A stretch of DNA of 64,000 bases from Anaerolineales bacterium (GTDB taxonomy: Bacteria; Chloroflexota; Anaerolineae; Anaerolineales; RBG-16-64-43), in NCBI GenBank assembly GCA_049516595.1, contig JBEKSY010000006.1, positions 66,621 through 130,620 on the forward strand. Reading direction: 5' to 3'. Positions 44,434 through 53,342 of the stretch are shown here, in pieces; position 1 is the stretch's first letter, and every line of letters begins with the position of its first letter. The position numbers and the translations under genes are program-made. The notes beneath the pieces were generated by a model, which saw only the letters and a program-made list of their open reading frames with translations, did no database searches and was not told where the DNA came from.

Positions 44434-45741
44434 ATGCGCGCTGTGGATATCATCGCACGCAAGAGAGATGGAGCCGACCTCAGCACCGAGGAGATTGAGT
44501 ACTTCGTGGCGGGTCTCACCTCCGGCGAGATTCCCGATTATCAGGTTTCCGCATGGGCCATGGCCGTGCTTTGGAGGGGGATGTCGCTGCGCGAGACGAC
44601 CGACCTGACCCTGGCCATGGCGCGCTCAGGGGAGATGCTGGACTTGAGCCGAGTTGTCCCTTTTGCGGTGGACAAACACTCTACGGGCGGGGTGGGCGAC
44701 AAGACGACCCTGGTCGTGGAACCCGTGGTCGCCGCGTGTGGGGTCCCCGTCGGGAAGATGTCGGGAAGGGGGCTGGGATATTCCGGAGGAACGCTCGACA
44801 AGATGGAGTCGATCGCTGGATTCCGCACGGACCTCTCCCGCGACCAGTTCCTGCAACAACTCCGAGAGGTGGGACTCGTCCTGTGCGGTCAGACGGCGGA
44901 ATTGGCACCCGCCGATGGTCGGCTGTACGCCCTGCGGGACGTCACCGCGACGGTGCCCTCTCTTCCGCTGATTGCCTCGAGCGTGATGTCGAAAAAGCTC
45001 GCGGGAGGAGCCCAGGGAATCGTACTGGATGTCAAGGCGGGTCATGGGGCCTTCATGCCGAATGTGCGCGAAGCCTCCCGACTCGGTCGGCTCATGGTTC
45101 AGATTGGCACCCGTCTCGGTCGCCAAGTGGTGGCGCTCATCGCTGATATGAATCAGCCGCTCGGCCGCGCGGTGGGCAACGCGCTGGAGGTGCGCGAGGC
45201 TGTGAACACCCTGAAGGGGGAGGGGCCTCGCGATTTTGAGGAGCATTGCCTGACAGTGGCTGCCCACATGCTAGTGATCGCCCGCCAAGCCTCCTCCCCG
45301 GCCACGGGACGTGGCCTGGCAAGAGCTGCGCTCGACGACGGGCGTGCGCTCGAGAAGTTCGAAGCCCTCGTCCGAGCCCAGGGCGGGGACCCCGCTTTCA
45401 TCCGCGATCCCGACCTCCTGCCCTCGGCTCCGATCCGAGGCTCCTTGGCCGCCTGGAGCAAGGGGTGGGTGTCGGAAGCCAATGCGAGGTTGATTGGTCA
45501 GGCCTCGATGCAGTTGGGTGCGGGTCGATCTAGAAGAGAGGATCCTATTGATCACGCCGTCGGGATTGTGTTGCGGCACAAGGTGGGGGATTCGGTCCAA
45601 TTCGGGGATGCGCTGTGCGATGTGCATGCCCGCACGCAAGAACACCTGGAGCAAGCACTGCAGGAGCTCCGGCCGGCGTTTCAGATTGCGCGGCGGCCGG
45701 TGGATTCCCTACCCCTCTTTTATCGCACGATCCGCGCCTAG
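44434..45741 (+). CDS. pdp: Pyrimidine-nucleoside (thymidine) phosphorylase
   Basis: IIARKRDG..LS.EEI..FV.G...G.IPDYQVSAWAMAV...GM and DKHSTGGVGDKTTL. Confidence 0.93.
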   Translation: MRAVDIIARKRDGADLSTEEIEYFVAGLTSGEIPDYQVSAWAMAVLWRGMSLRETTDLTLAMARSGEMLDLSRVVPFAVDKHSTGGVGDKTTLVVEPVVAACGVPVGKMSGRGLGYSGGTLDKMESIAGFRTDLSRDQFLQQLREVGLVLCGQTAELAPADGRLYALRDVTATVPSLPLIASSVMSKKLAGGAQGIVLDVKAGHGAFMPNVREASRLGRLMVQIGTRLGRQVVALIADMNQPLGRAVGNALEVREAVNTLKGEGPRDFEEHCLTVAAHMLVIARQASSPATGRGLARAALDDGRALEKFEALVRAQGGDPAFIRDPDLLPSAPIRGSLAAWSKGWVSEANARLIGQASMQLGAGRSRREDPIDHAVGIVLRHKVGDSVQFGDALCDVHARTQEHLEQALQELRPAFQIARRPVDSLPLFYRTIRA

Positions 45742-45773
45742 CCTGGGGGCGGGAACCGGCCGGAGGCGCAGGC

Positions 45774-46205
45774 TTAATCCTGGCCCCATAGCCACTCCCA
45801 CCAGATGCTCCAGTTCGCAGGAACCTGTGGTGGGGGGGTGGGCGTGGGCTGTGCCGCCGGAGCGCCAGCGGGAGTCACAGGCTGCACAAGCACCTCTCCT
45901 GGCCGGGCCATTTTCCCTTCACTGCGCGCCCACTCCGCAACGGCTTCGTCACTGTGAGCCCCAGCGATCGACGTGCCCAATTGACTGGATTGACTTGCAA
46001 GTGCCGTGACTTGAGCAGCCAGCCGATCCTGGAGGGCGCGAAGATCACTGGCCTGCCCGATCCGCCTCCAGAGTTCCCCGAGCAAAAGAAGAACCAGCAG
46101 GACCGCCAAGGCGACCAGCCAGGAGTTCGAGCGATGCGGAGTCCTTTTGGGGAAGGATTCCCTTGAGTCGTGGCTCATCTGCTGACCAATATACGCCGGA
46201 TCCAT
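45774..46205 (-). CDS. Septum formation initiator family protein (FtsB/DivIC-like)
   Basis: Single N-terminal TM (WLVALAVLLVLLLLG), a coiled-coil segment, then DEAVAEWARSEGKMARPGEVLV, which resembles the FtsB/DivIC C-motif. Confidence 0.65.
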   Translation of the reverse strand: MDPAYIGQQMSHDSRESFPKRTPHRSNSWLVALAVLLVLLLLGELWRRIGQASDLRALQDRLAAQVTALASQSSQLGTSIAGAHSDEAVAEWARSEGKMARPGEVLVQPVTPAGAPAAQPTPTPPPQVPANWSIWWEWLWGQD

Positions 46206-46254
46206 GGTCCCGGCAAGGACAGGACTCGCGGTAGGCGCCGCGGAAGGACCCTTT

Positions 46255-47481
46255 CTATTGAGGGATCTCCCCTCGGGCCACCTGCTCGATCATGCGGGCA
46301 ACGCACTGGCTGGCTTCGCCAATATGTGCGACATAGGCACGGGCCGCCTCTCGGACCTTCCACCCGAGATCGCGAACCGTGTTCACTTTCTCCAGGAAAG
46401 CCCGCAGGTTTTCAAGGCTAGTAACCTGGGTGGCAACTCCTCGTCCGACAAGATCCCAGTCGTCCAGAGGCTTGGAAAGTCCCAGAATCCCGACGGGAGT
46501 GCCCAGGAGGGCCGCCTCCAGGCCGGCCGTGGTACTGAACATCAGCGTGGCGTCCGAACCCGAAACCAAGGGGTACAGCTCTGCCTCCGCGACCTGAGCA
46601 AATCCCTGGGCCTCGCTCATCCGCAGAAAGTCGCGGAAGCGTTCCGCGCTCTCTCCTCGGTGGAGTTTGAAAACCACGCCCAATTCCTTCCAGCCCGGCT
46701 CGGAGCGCAGGGCTTGCACCCACTTAAGGAATCTGGACAAGGCCTCCTCCTTCTCCCGGGCCGACACCAGAAGCATCTTTTCGATCGGGCTGCTCAGGAA
46801 GGTCAGCAGGAATCCGTTCGGCGCGAATCCCAGTCCGGCACGCAGCGCCTGGTTGGACCGCTCCCCCCGCGCGGTGGCCAACTGATCGAAGCGGGGATTG
46901 CCAGTGATGCGGATTCGGTCCCGGGGTACCCCGACCTTGCGAAAGTACTCCACGGAGGTCTCTCCCCAGGCCGCATACCAATCGCACTTCCCCTGGCCGT
47001 ACTTGCGAAGGCCGCCCTCAATGCCGAAGAGGATTCTCCTCCTCCAGCGAAAGAGCAATTTGCGCAACGTGGGCTCTTGAAATAGGTCTTTGCGCAAGCT
47101 CTCCTGAACGAGAAGGGTTGGAATACCCAGCCTGCGCGCGCGGCGGATGTAGGTATTGGAAGGGAAATTGCGATCGTTGAGCACCACCACGGCCGAAGGG
47201 TGAAGCCGAGTTACTTCGGCTTCAATTCGGGCCCGGAGAGGCACGGCTTCTAGTTCCCAGTCAAGATCCGGGCCGGGCAGCGGGTGCTCCGCCAGTCGAA
47301 CAAAGGGGATGGAGGCTTCCTCCAGGGGCGAGACCCGGCTCTCCGTGCGAAGGATTTCGCAGTCTGAGAAGAGGACCAGTGGGGTTCCCCCCTCGCGGAG
47401 CATCTTCATGACGGGAAGCAATATCGCCAGGTGCGAGTCGCTGGCCGTGATTTCGAAAAGAACCGGAGCTTGGATGGACAT
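46255..47481 (-). CDS. GT-B fold glycosyltransferase/epimerase-like protein
   Basis: RIRITGNPRFDQL and LMFSTTAGLEAALLGTPVGILG resemble the MurG / 2-epimerase-type C-domain. I prefer ATG 47481 (MSIQAPVLFEI). The upstream 207 codons of the track ORF overlap valS and look non-coding. Confidence 0.7.
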   Translation of the reverse strand: MSIQAPVLFEITASDSHLAILLPVMKMLREGGTPLVLFSDCEILRTESRVSPLEEASIPFVRLAEHPLPGPDLDWELEAVPLRARIEAEVTRLHPSAVVVLNDRNFPSNTYIRRARRLGIPTLLVQESLRKDLFQEPTLRKLLFRWRRRILFGIEGGLRKYGQGKCDWYAAWGETSVEYFRKVGVPRDRIRITGNPRFDQLATARGERSNQALRAGLGFAPNGFLLTFLSSPIEKMLLVSAREKEEALSRFLKWVQALRSEPGWKELGVVFKLHRGESAERFRDFLRMSEAQGFAQVAEAELYPLVSGSDATLMFSTTAGLEAALLGTPVGILGLSKPLDDWDLVGRGVATQVTSLENLRAFLEKVNTVRDLGWKVREAARAYVAHIGEASQCVARMIEQVARGEIPQ

Positions 47482-47513
47482 GCGCGGGTATCCTCCGGCT
47501 GGCAGTCTTGGTC

Positions 47514-50306
47514 TTACGAGGGCACGCAAGGGGGGAGGGTGTCCACCTGTTGAAGAAGCCTCTCCCGCGCTTCCTGCAGGTTGACGAGCTTGGCCCGCTC
47601 CTTTTCCACCACCGCCTGGGGCGCCCGGTTGGCAAACTCGCCTGCCAGCAGCGCCTGCAGGCGATGGATTTGGGATTCCACCTGGCTCAGGTCTTTCTTG
47701 AGGCGAGCCAGCTCCACGGCCGGGTCCGTCGCTTCGCTCAGGGCGAGGTGGACCTCGACGGGACCCGCTGCCAGGACCACCCAGCCCTCGGCCTCGACGG
47801 GTCGATCCTTGAGAAACTCCACCTTGGTCAGGTCGAGATGTGCCAGGAACCCCAAGGCAGCCCCCATGGATCTCATTGTGGCGATATGTTTGTCGCTGAT
47901 AATCCGGGCTGGGATGCGAGAAGCCGCCGGGACTTTGCGTTGGGTGCGCAGATTCCGAATGGACCGAACCACTTCCATGAACAGCGTGAAGTCCTCTAAT
48001 GCCTCGCGGTCGCTGGAAACCAGCCCTGCGGGCCAAGGCGCGATCATCAGGGCCTCCGGCCATCCCGTGGGCGGGCCGAAGTCCGGGCCCAGTCCCTGGC
48101 ACGCGCGTTGGAGGTGCCCATAGAGTTCCTCGGTCACAAAGGGCGTGTAGGGGTGGAGCAGGCGCAGGCTGGTCTCCAGCACTTGAGAAAGCAAGAGCGC
48201 AGTCCCATAGGCTCGTTGGCCTCCTTCCGCCAACTGCAGTTTCGAGATCTCGACATACCAGTCGGCGAATTCAGTCCAGAAGAAATCGTACACTAGGCGG
48301 CCAGCCTCCCCGAATTGATAGCCGTCCAGGAGACCCGTGACCGTGGTGACGACTTGAGAGAGTCGGGACCGTATCCATCGGTCCGCCAGGGTCGGAGAGG
48401 CGTTGGGGCCCGAAAGGTCCCTCCCCGTCGGCACGCGCTCCAGACTGCCTATCACAAACCTGCCCGCGTTCCAGAGCTTGTTGGCGAAGTTTCGGTTCGC
48501 CTCGACCCGCTCGAGGCTGAGGTTCAAATCGTTGCCAGGGCTGCCGCTGGTCAGCAAGGTAAATCGGAGCGCATCCGTCCCCATGGCGGGCAAGCCTTGG
48601 GGGTATTTTTCAGCTAGCTCACCACTCGTGCCGGAGGCTCGAATCTGGTCCACGGAGGCCCCATCCATCACCCAGCGCGGGTCCACCACATTGCCTGTGC
48701 TTTTGGACATCTTGCGCCCTTGTCCGTCGCGCATGATGCCGTGAAGGTACACGGTGCCAAAGGGTGGTTGGCCGGTGAACTCGATCCCCATCATGATCAT
48801 GCGAGCCACCCAGAAGAAAAGGATGTCATAGCCTGTTTCCAGCACCGTCGTAGGGTAGAAGTATCTGAGGTCGGGGGTGGACTCGGGCCATCCCAGGGTT
48901 GAGAACGGCCACAGACCCGAGGAGAACCAGGTATCCAGAACGTCCTCATCCTGTCTCAGGTTATGACTCCCGCATGCCTTGCATTGGGCGGGCTCTTCGA
49001 GGGAGCAGGTCATGTGACCGTCCGGGCAGTACCAAACCGGGATGCGATGTCCCCACCATAGTTGGCGCGAGATGCACCAGTCCTGGATGCTTTCGAGCCA
49101 GTTGGTGTAGACCTTCTCGAAGCGCTCCGGCAGGATGCGAACGCGCCCGTCCCGCACTGCGGCCAGGGCGGGCTCAGCCAGAGGTTTCATGCGAACGAAC
49201 CATTGAGTGGAGAGCATGGGTTCGATGATTTCCCCCCCGCGTTGGGAGCGGGGGATGTGCAGGAGGTAGGGTTCCTCCTTGAGGACGAGGTCCTGTTCGC
49301 GCATATCGCGCCATATGCGCTGGCGGCACTCAAAGCGGTCCAGACCTTCGTACGGTCCCCCCGCCTGGTTGATCCGCGCCCGCTCATCGAGAATGGGAAT
49401 GATCGCCAATCCGTGGTCCTGTCCGATCTGATAGTCTGTGGGATCGTGTGCGGGGGTGATCTTCAAGGCTCCGGTACCGAATTCCCGATCGACGCGCGCA
49501 TCGGCGATGACCGGGATCTTCCGGCCCAGGATGGGGACGAGAACGGTCCGGCCCACATACTCCCGGAAGCGAGCGTCCTCGGGATGGACCGCCACGGCGG
49601 AGTCGCCCAGGATGGTCTCGGGTCGGGTGGTGGCCACCGGAATGTATTGGCCGGAATCTTGGAGCCGATACTTGAAGAAGTAGAGGGTTCCCGGCTCTTC
49701 GGAGTACTCCACTTCGAGATCGCTGACCGCGGTGCGGAGACCTGGAGACCAGTTGATCAGGCGGGGCCCACGATAGATCAGCCCCTTTTCATATAGGCTG
49801 ACGAAAGCGTGGCGCACGGCCTGGGTGAGGCCCTCATCGAGGGTAAAACAAGTGCGCTCCCAATCGCAACTTGCCCCCAGACGGCGGAGTTGGTCAAAGA
49901 TAATGCCGCCGTATTTTTCTTTCCACTGCCAAACTTTTTCGACAAAGGCTTCGCGGCCCAGATCCTCGCGGCGCTTTCCCTCGCGTTCCAACATTCTCTC
50001 CACCTGCAACTGGGTTGCGATTCCCGCGTGGTCCGATCCGGGGATCCAGAGAGTAGGGATTCCTCGCATGCGGTGGTATCGGATGAGTAGATCTTCGATG
50101 GAGACGGCCATTGCATGCCCCAGGTGGAGCTCGCCCGTCACGTTAGGAGGGGGGATAGCAATGACAAAAGGCGTCCGGGAGGGATCGAATCCTGGGCGGG
50201 TGGGGTCGTTGGCGGGGCGGAAATACCCGCTCCGTTCCCACCAACGGTAGAGCGGTTGTTCAATGGCCGCAAAGTCAAACGTCTTGGCTAATGGTTGCCT
50301 TTCCAA
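47514..50306 (-). CDS. valS: Valine--tRNA ligase
   Basis: PPPNVTGELHLGH (HIGH), KMSKS, CP1 editing domain and a C-terminal coiled coil. Probable TTG start at 50306 after GGGAGGCCGAA, directly downstream of a T-box leader. Confidence 0.95.
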   Translation of the reverse strand: MERQPLAKTFDFAAIEQPLYRWWERSGYFRPANDPTRPGFDPSRTPFVIAIPPPNVTGELHLGHAMAVSIEDLLIRYHRMRGIPTLWIPGSDHAGIATQLQVERMLEREGKRREDLGREAFVEKVWQWKEKYGGIIFDQLRRLGASCDWERTCFTLDEGLTQAVRHAFVSLYEKGLIYRGPRLINWSPGLRTAVSDLEVEYSEEPGTLYFFKYRLQDSGQYIPVATTRPETILGDSAVAVHPEDARFREYVGRTVLVPILGRKIPVIADARVDREFGTGALKITPAHDPTDYQIGQDHGLAIIPILDERARINQAGGPYEGLDRFECRQRIWRDMREQDLVLKEEPYLLHIPRSQRGGEIIEPMLSTQWFVRMKPLAEPALAAVRDGRVRILPERFEKVYTNWLESIQDWCISRQLWWGHRIPVWYCPDGHMTCSLEEPAQCKACGSHNLRQDEDVLDTWFSSGLWPFSTLGWPESTPDLRYFYPTTVLETGYDILFFWVARMIMMGIEFTGQPPFGTVYLHGIMRDGQGRKMSKSTGNVVDPRWVMDGASVDQIRASGTSGELAEKYPQGLPAMGTDALRFTLLTSGSPGNDLNLSLERVEANRNFANKLWNAGRFVIGSLERVPTGRDLSGPNASPTLADRWIRSRLSQVVTTVTGLLDGYQFGEAGRLVYDFFWTEFADWYVEISKLQLAEGGQRAYGTALLLSQVLETSLRLLHPYTPFVTEELYGHLQRACQGLGPDFGPPTGWPEALMIAPWPAGLVSSDREALEDFTLFMEVVRSIRNLRTQRKVPAASRIPARIISDKHIATMRSMGAALGFLAHLDLTKVEFLKDRPVEAEGWVVLAAGPVEVHLALSEATDPAVELARLKKDLSQVESQIHRLQALLAGEFANRAPQAVVEKERAKLVNLQEARERLLQQVDTLPPCVPS

Positions 50307-50339
50307 TTCGGCCTCCCGTCCAGGATCACATCCGCGCCA

Positions 50340-50600
50340 ATGGAAAACGCCCTTTCGTCCTCGAGGACGAAAGGGCGTTGGCCCCTCGCGGTACCACCTC
50401 GCTTCGCACCCCTCAAGACCCCGCGGGGTGCACACTCAACGGCTATAACGGGCCGCCCCGCGCTGATCTAATCCGGAGTCCGTTTCTGCAGCGGGCGATC
50501 GCGCGACCTTTGGCGGAACGCGCTGAGGGGGCTTCCAGCCTTTGGCCCGACCTTCTCTGGCAGCCGTTATCCGCCTACTCCTCACAATCGTTGCCTTTTC
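50340..50600 (-). promoter_or_regulatory. T-box riboswitch leader (Val specifier) with intrinsic terminator
   Basis: The minus strand has GAGGTGGTACCGCGAGG (T-box sequence, 50387-50398). This is followed by AACGCCCTTTCGTCC-TCGA-GGACGAAAGGGCGTT + TTTCC (50346-50379). Upstream are AGTA and AGAGA elements and a ...GCCAAAG-GUC-G triplet (50505-50507), which is consistent with a Val specifier. Confidence 0.85.
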
Positions 50601-50753
50601 AGATCCCCGTTTGAAACGCGATGTTAGCACCGGGGCGGGGCGGTGTCAACCTGGAGCCGCGGACAGTTCCCCTGGGCCCCCCGATCGTAGGCCCTGTGTT
50701 CCTTGTGGTCCTGATTGCGGACCAATACAATTCAGCAATATGTTTTGCGTTGC

Positions 50754-50783
50754 TTGACTTATCCAACTCAAATGTGCTATTGT
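50754..50783 (+). promoter_or_regulatory. Candidate sigma-70 type promoter (extended -10)
   Basis: TTGACT-N18-(TGc)TATTGT in an AT-richer patch about 120 nt upstream of the MBL gene. Confidence 0.35.
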
Positions 50784-50905
50784 CCCGGAGGCGCGACCAC
50801 GAATGGGACAGGCGGGCGGCCGGCGGAGGTGTTTTTTTCATAAGGCTGCCATGTCGGTCGGCTGACCGCTAGGCCGATGAGGAATGGTACCGGAGAGAGA
50901 GCCAG

Positions 50906-52018
50906 ATGATACGGGAGCGGATCGCTGAGGATGTCTACTATTTCTCCAGCGACATCTACGTCCAAGTAGTCGCTGGGGCCGTGGTCACACCAGAGGGCAC
51001 GGTGCTGATTGACACTCTCGCCCTGCCCGAGGAAACACGGGAGATCCGCTCCTTTCTTGAGACACGCCTTGAGTCGCGGGTACGTTACGTCGTCAACACG
51101 CATTTCCATGCAGATCATACCAGCGGATCGTGCCTTTTTCCGCAAGCGACGGTCGTGGCACATGAATTCTGCCGGTCTCTCCTGGACACCCGGGGTCGGG
51201 CCGCGCTGGCGGCGGCTAGGGCAGATAACGCCGCCTTGGGAGACCTGCAAGTGGTCCTGCCGGCCATCACTTTTCGCCAGGGAAGCGCCAGCCTCCAGCT
51301 TGGAAAGCGAAGCCTGCGCTTGATTCACCTCCCGGGCCATAGCCCGGATGGTATTGGAGTTCTGCTTGAGGAGGATCGAATTCTCTTCGCGGGCGACGTG
51401 GTCATGCCGATTCCCCATGTGCGCGACGGCGATATGGAACAGATGCGCCAGAGTCTGAAGACGATTTCCCGGATGGGCCTGGAGAATGTCGTCCAGGGCC
51501 ATGGTGAGGTCATCCTGCGAGGGGAAATCGATGAGATGATCACCTCGCATCTGACCTACCTCGACCGGATCGAAAAGGAAGTGCGGGGAGCCCTGCGCCG
51601 CGGCTGGACCAAGGACGATCTGCAGCAGATCAGCATCGAACAGTGCGGAATGAGCCGGATCTTGCTGAACGGATTGGCGAGCGAGCTGCATTTGCAAAAC
51701 CTGATTGCGCTCTACGACCGCTACCTGCGAGAGGGACCGGCAGTTCCTGGACCGGTGCCTCGGGCACTCACCGCCAAGCGAGGCCTTGCGGGTCGACGCG
51801 TCAACCCCCCCCGCCCGCCAAAAGCTGAGGCACGGAAGAAGGCCGTGGGCGGGTCGTGGCACTCTCGAGTAGCGGGGCGGGCAGGGGGACACCGTCCAGC
51901 CACCCGCAGAAAGGCCCGGTCAACGCACCTCGCCAGGAGGTTGGTGTCTTCTCGGGCGCACCTGAGCCCACGAGCGCCTGTCCATCGCAAGGTCGGGCTG
52001 AGGAAGAAGAAAAGCTAA
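50906..52018 (+). CDS. MBL-fold metallo-hydrolase with a basic C-terminal tail
   Basis: VVNTHFHADHTSG (HxHxDH) and GHSPDGIGV. The last ~100 aa are Arg/Lys/Pro-rich low complexity. Confidence 0.8.
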   Translation: MIRERIAEDVYYFSSDIYVQVVAGAVVTPEGTVLIDTLALPEETREIRSFLETRLESRVRYVVNTHFHADHTSGSCLFPQATVVAHEFCRSLLDTRGRAALAAARADNAALGDLQVVLPAITFRQGSASLQLGKRSLRLIHLPGHSPDGIGVLLEEDRILFAGDVVMPIPHVRDGDMEQMRQSLKTISRMGLENVVQGHGEVILRGEIDEMITSHLTYLDRIEKEVRGALRRGWTKDDLQQISIEQCGMSRILLNGLASELHLQNLIALYDRYLREGPAVPGPVPRALTAKRGLAGRRVNPPRPPKAEARKKAVGGSWHSRVAGRAGGHRPATRRKARSTHLARRLVSSRAHLSPRAPVHRKVGLRKKKS

Positions 52019-52235
52019 CCCTTCCTCCAACTCGCGCGAGACCTGGGCTGGCCTCGTGCGCCCCCCCGAATCGGCCAGGTAGGGGGCCTCCGGCGGAGAG
52101 GTCTCTCTGATTCCTCAGCTAGTTTGAATTGACTGCCCCTCAACCCGGGCTGCGATATACTCGCAGCCGACCCCAGCAACGGAGGAGTGCCCGCCGTGTT
52201 ATCACATCAGGCGCACGAGTGGGCCAGCTGCGTCG

Positions 52236-52859
52236 GTGAACCCCAGTTCGGATGAGCCGAAGCTGATCCGCCAAGCCAAGCGGAACCAGGAGGCGTTTGG
52301 TCTCCTCTACGAGCGCTACGTGCGGCGGATCTACACCTACGTCTACTACCGGACGGGAAACGAGCACGAAGCCGAAGACCTGACCGCCAGAGTTTTCCAG
52401 AGAGCGCTCACCCATCTGGACTCGTACCAGGATCAGGGGTTGCCCTTCTCGGCCTGGCTCTATCGGATCGCCCACAATCTTGTTGCGAACTGGCACCGCG
52501 ATCACAGCCGCCAACGGGTGGTCGGCCTGGACGAGGCCGCGGGGCACGTCGCCGGAGATCCTCCTGATCATCTAGCGGAGGAAGAGGAAGAGCAACGTCG
52601 GTTAATGGAGGCGATCCGGGGCCTCCCCGAGGAGAGACAACAACTGCTGATCCTTAAGTATTCCCAGGATCTGTCCAATGCTGAAATTGGCGGCATTATG
52701 GGAAGGACCGAGGGAGCGATCAAGAGCCTCTACCATCGGACGCTCCTCTCCCTGAGGGAGGAGTTGGGACACTTGGAGAGCGAACAAACTGGTGCCGGGC
52801 TCCGAGGTCAGGGGGGACCTCGGGCCAGAAATGGAAAACGACCCGGGGGGCGAGGCTGA
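52236..52859 (+). CDS. ECF-type RNA polymerase sigma factor (sigma-70 family, group 4)
   Basis: Region 2 (AFGLLYERYVRRIYTYVYYRTGNEHEAEDLTARVF...FSAWLYRIAHNLVANWHRD) and region 4 (LILKYSQDLSNAEIGGIMGRTEGAIKSLYHRTL). Confidence 0.9.
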   Translation: MNPSSDEPKLIRQAKRNQEAFGLLYERYVRRIYTYVYYRTGNEHEAEDLTARVFQRALTHLDSYQDQGLPFSAWLYRIAHNLVANWHRDHSRQRVVGLDEAAGHVAGDPPDHLAEEEEEQRRLMEAIRGLPEERQQLLILKYSQDLSNAEIGGIMGRTEGAIKSLYHRTLLSLREELGHLESEQTGAGLRGQGGPRARNGKRPGGRG

Positions 52860-52958
52860 AAACATGTTGTCGGGTTGCCGCCTGGTGCAACCTAGGCCGC
52901 AAGTTCTGCCCCCGGAAGGGCCCTGGGATCAAGCAGGGCTGGGGTTGGAGCAAGGGAC

Positions 52959-53279
52959 ATGGTGAATATGAGAAAGGCACTGACGACAAGGAAGCTCATC
53001 ACTTTGCTTCATGCCAGCTTGGGGCCTGTAAACCCAAGACAGGAATTCGTGAATGGCCTCCGAGAACGTTTGGCCAACTTACCCGGTATGCCCGTTTTGG
53101 TGGAACGCCCCCGGCATTGGGTTGAGTCGGCCGTGCTTGTCGGCGTGGGTATCATAGGGATTCTCGCCTCGGCTGCGGCGGTGGCGGCGATGGGAGTTCG
53201 CTTCGGGGGCCGCATCCTCGCATTGGACCAGAGCGGTTCGACGGTCACCTCTCGATCCAAGGAAGCGAAGACGGTCTAA
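52959..53279 (+). CDS. Hypothetical single-TM protein (possible anti-sigma partner)
   Basis: 106 aa with one TM (AVLVGVGIIGILASAAAVAAMGV). Its position downstream of the ECF sigma gene suggests an anti-sigma role, but I see no ZAS or other motif. Confidence 0.45.
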   Translation: MVNMRKALTTRKLITLLHASLGPVNPRQEFVNGLRERLANLPGMPVLVERPRHWVESAVLVGVGIIGILASAAAVAAMGVRFGGRILALDQSGSTVTSRSKEAKTV

Positions 53280-53310
53280 TCTGCCTCAGGGTTTCCGTCT
53301 GCACGATGGT

Positions 53311-53342
53311 ATCGCGGCTAGGTGAGCTCACCTAGCCGCGAT
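53311..53342. terminator. 32-nt perfect palindrome (probable terminator hairpin)
   Basis: ATCGCGGCTAGGTGAG/CTCACCTAGCCGCGAT, about 30 nt after the stop at 53279, followed by GATTTCTC. Confidence 0.5.

Noticed and set aside
50784-50905. The 5' leader of the MBL gene contains GC-rich segments followed by GTGTTTTTTTC. I considered a riboswitch or attenuator.
   Set aside because: I could not draw a convincing stem preceding the U-tract, nor match it to any riboswitch consensus I know (ZTP, guanidine, fluoride, SAM, preQ1). It is left as an unexplained leader only.
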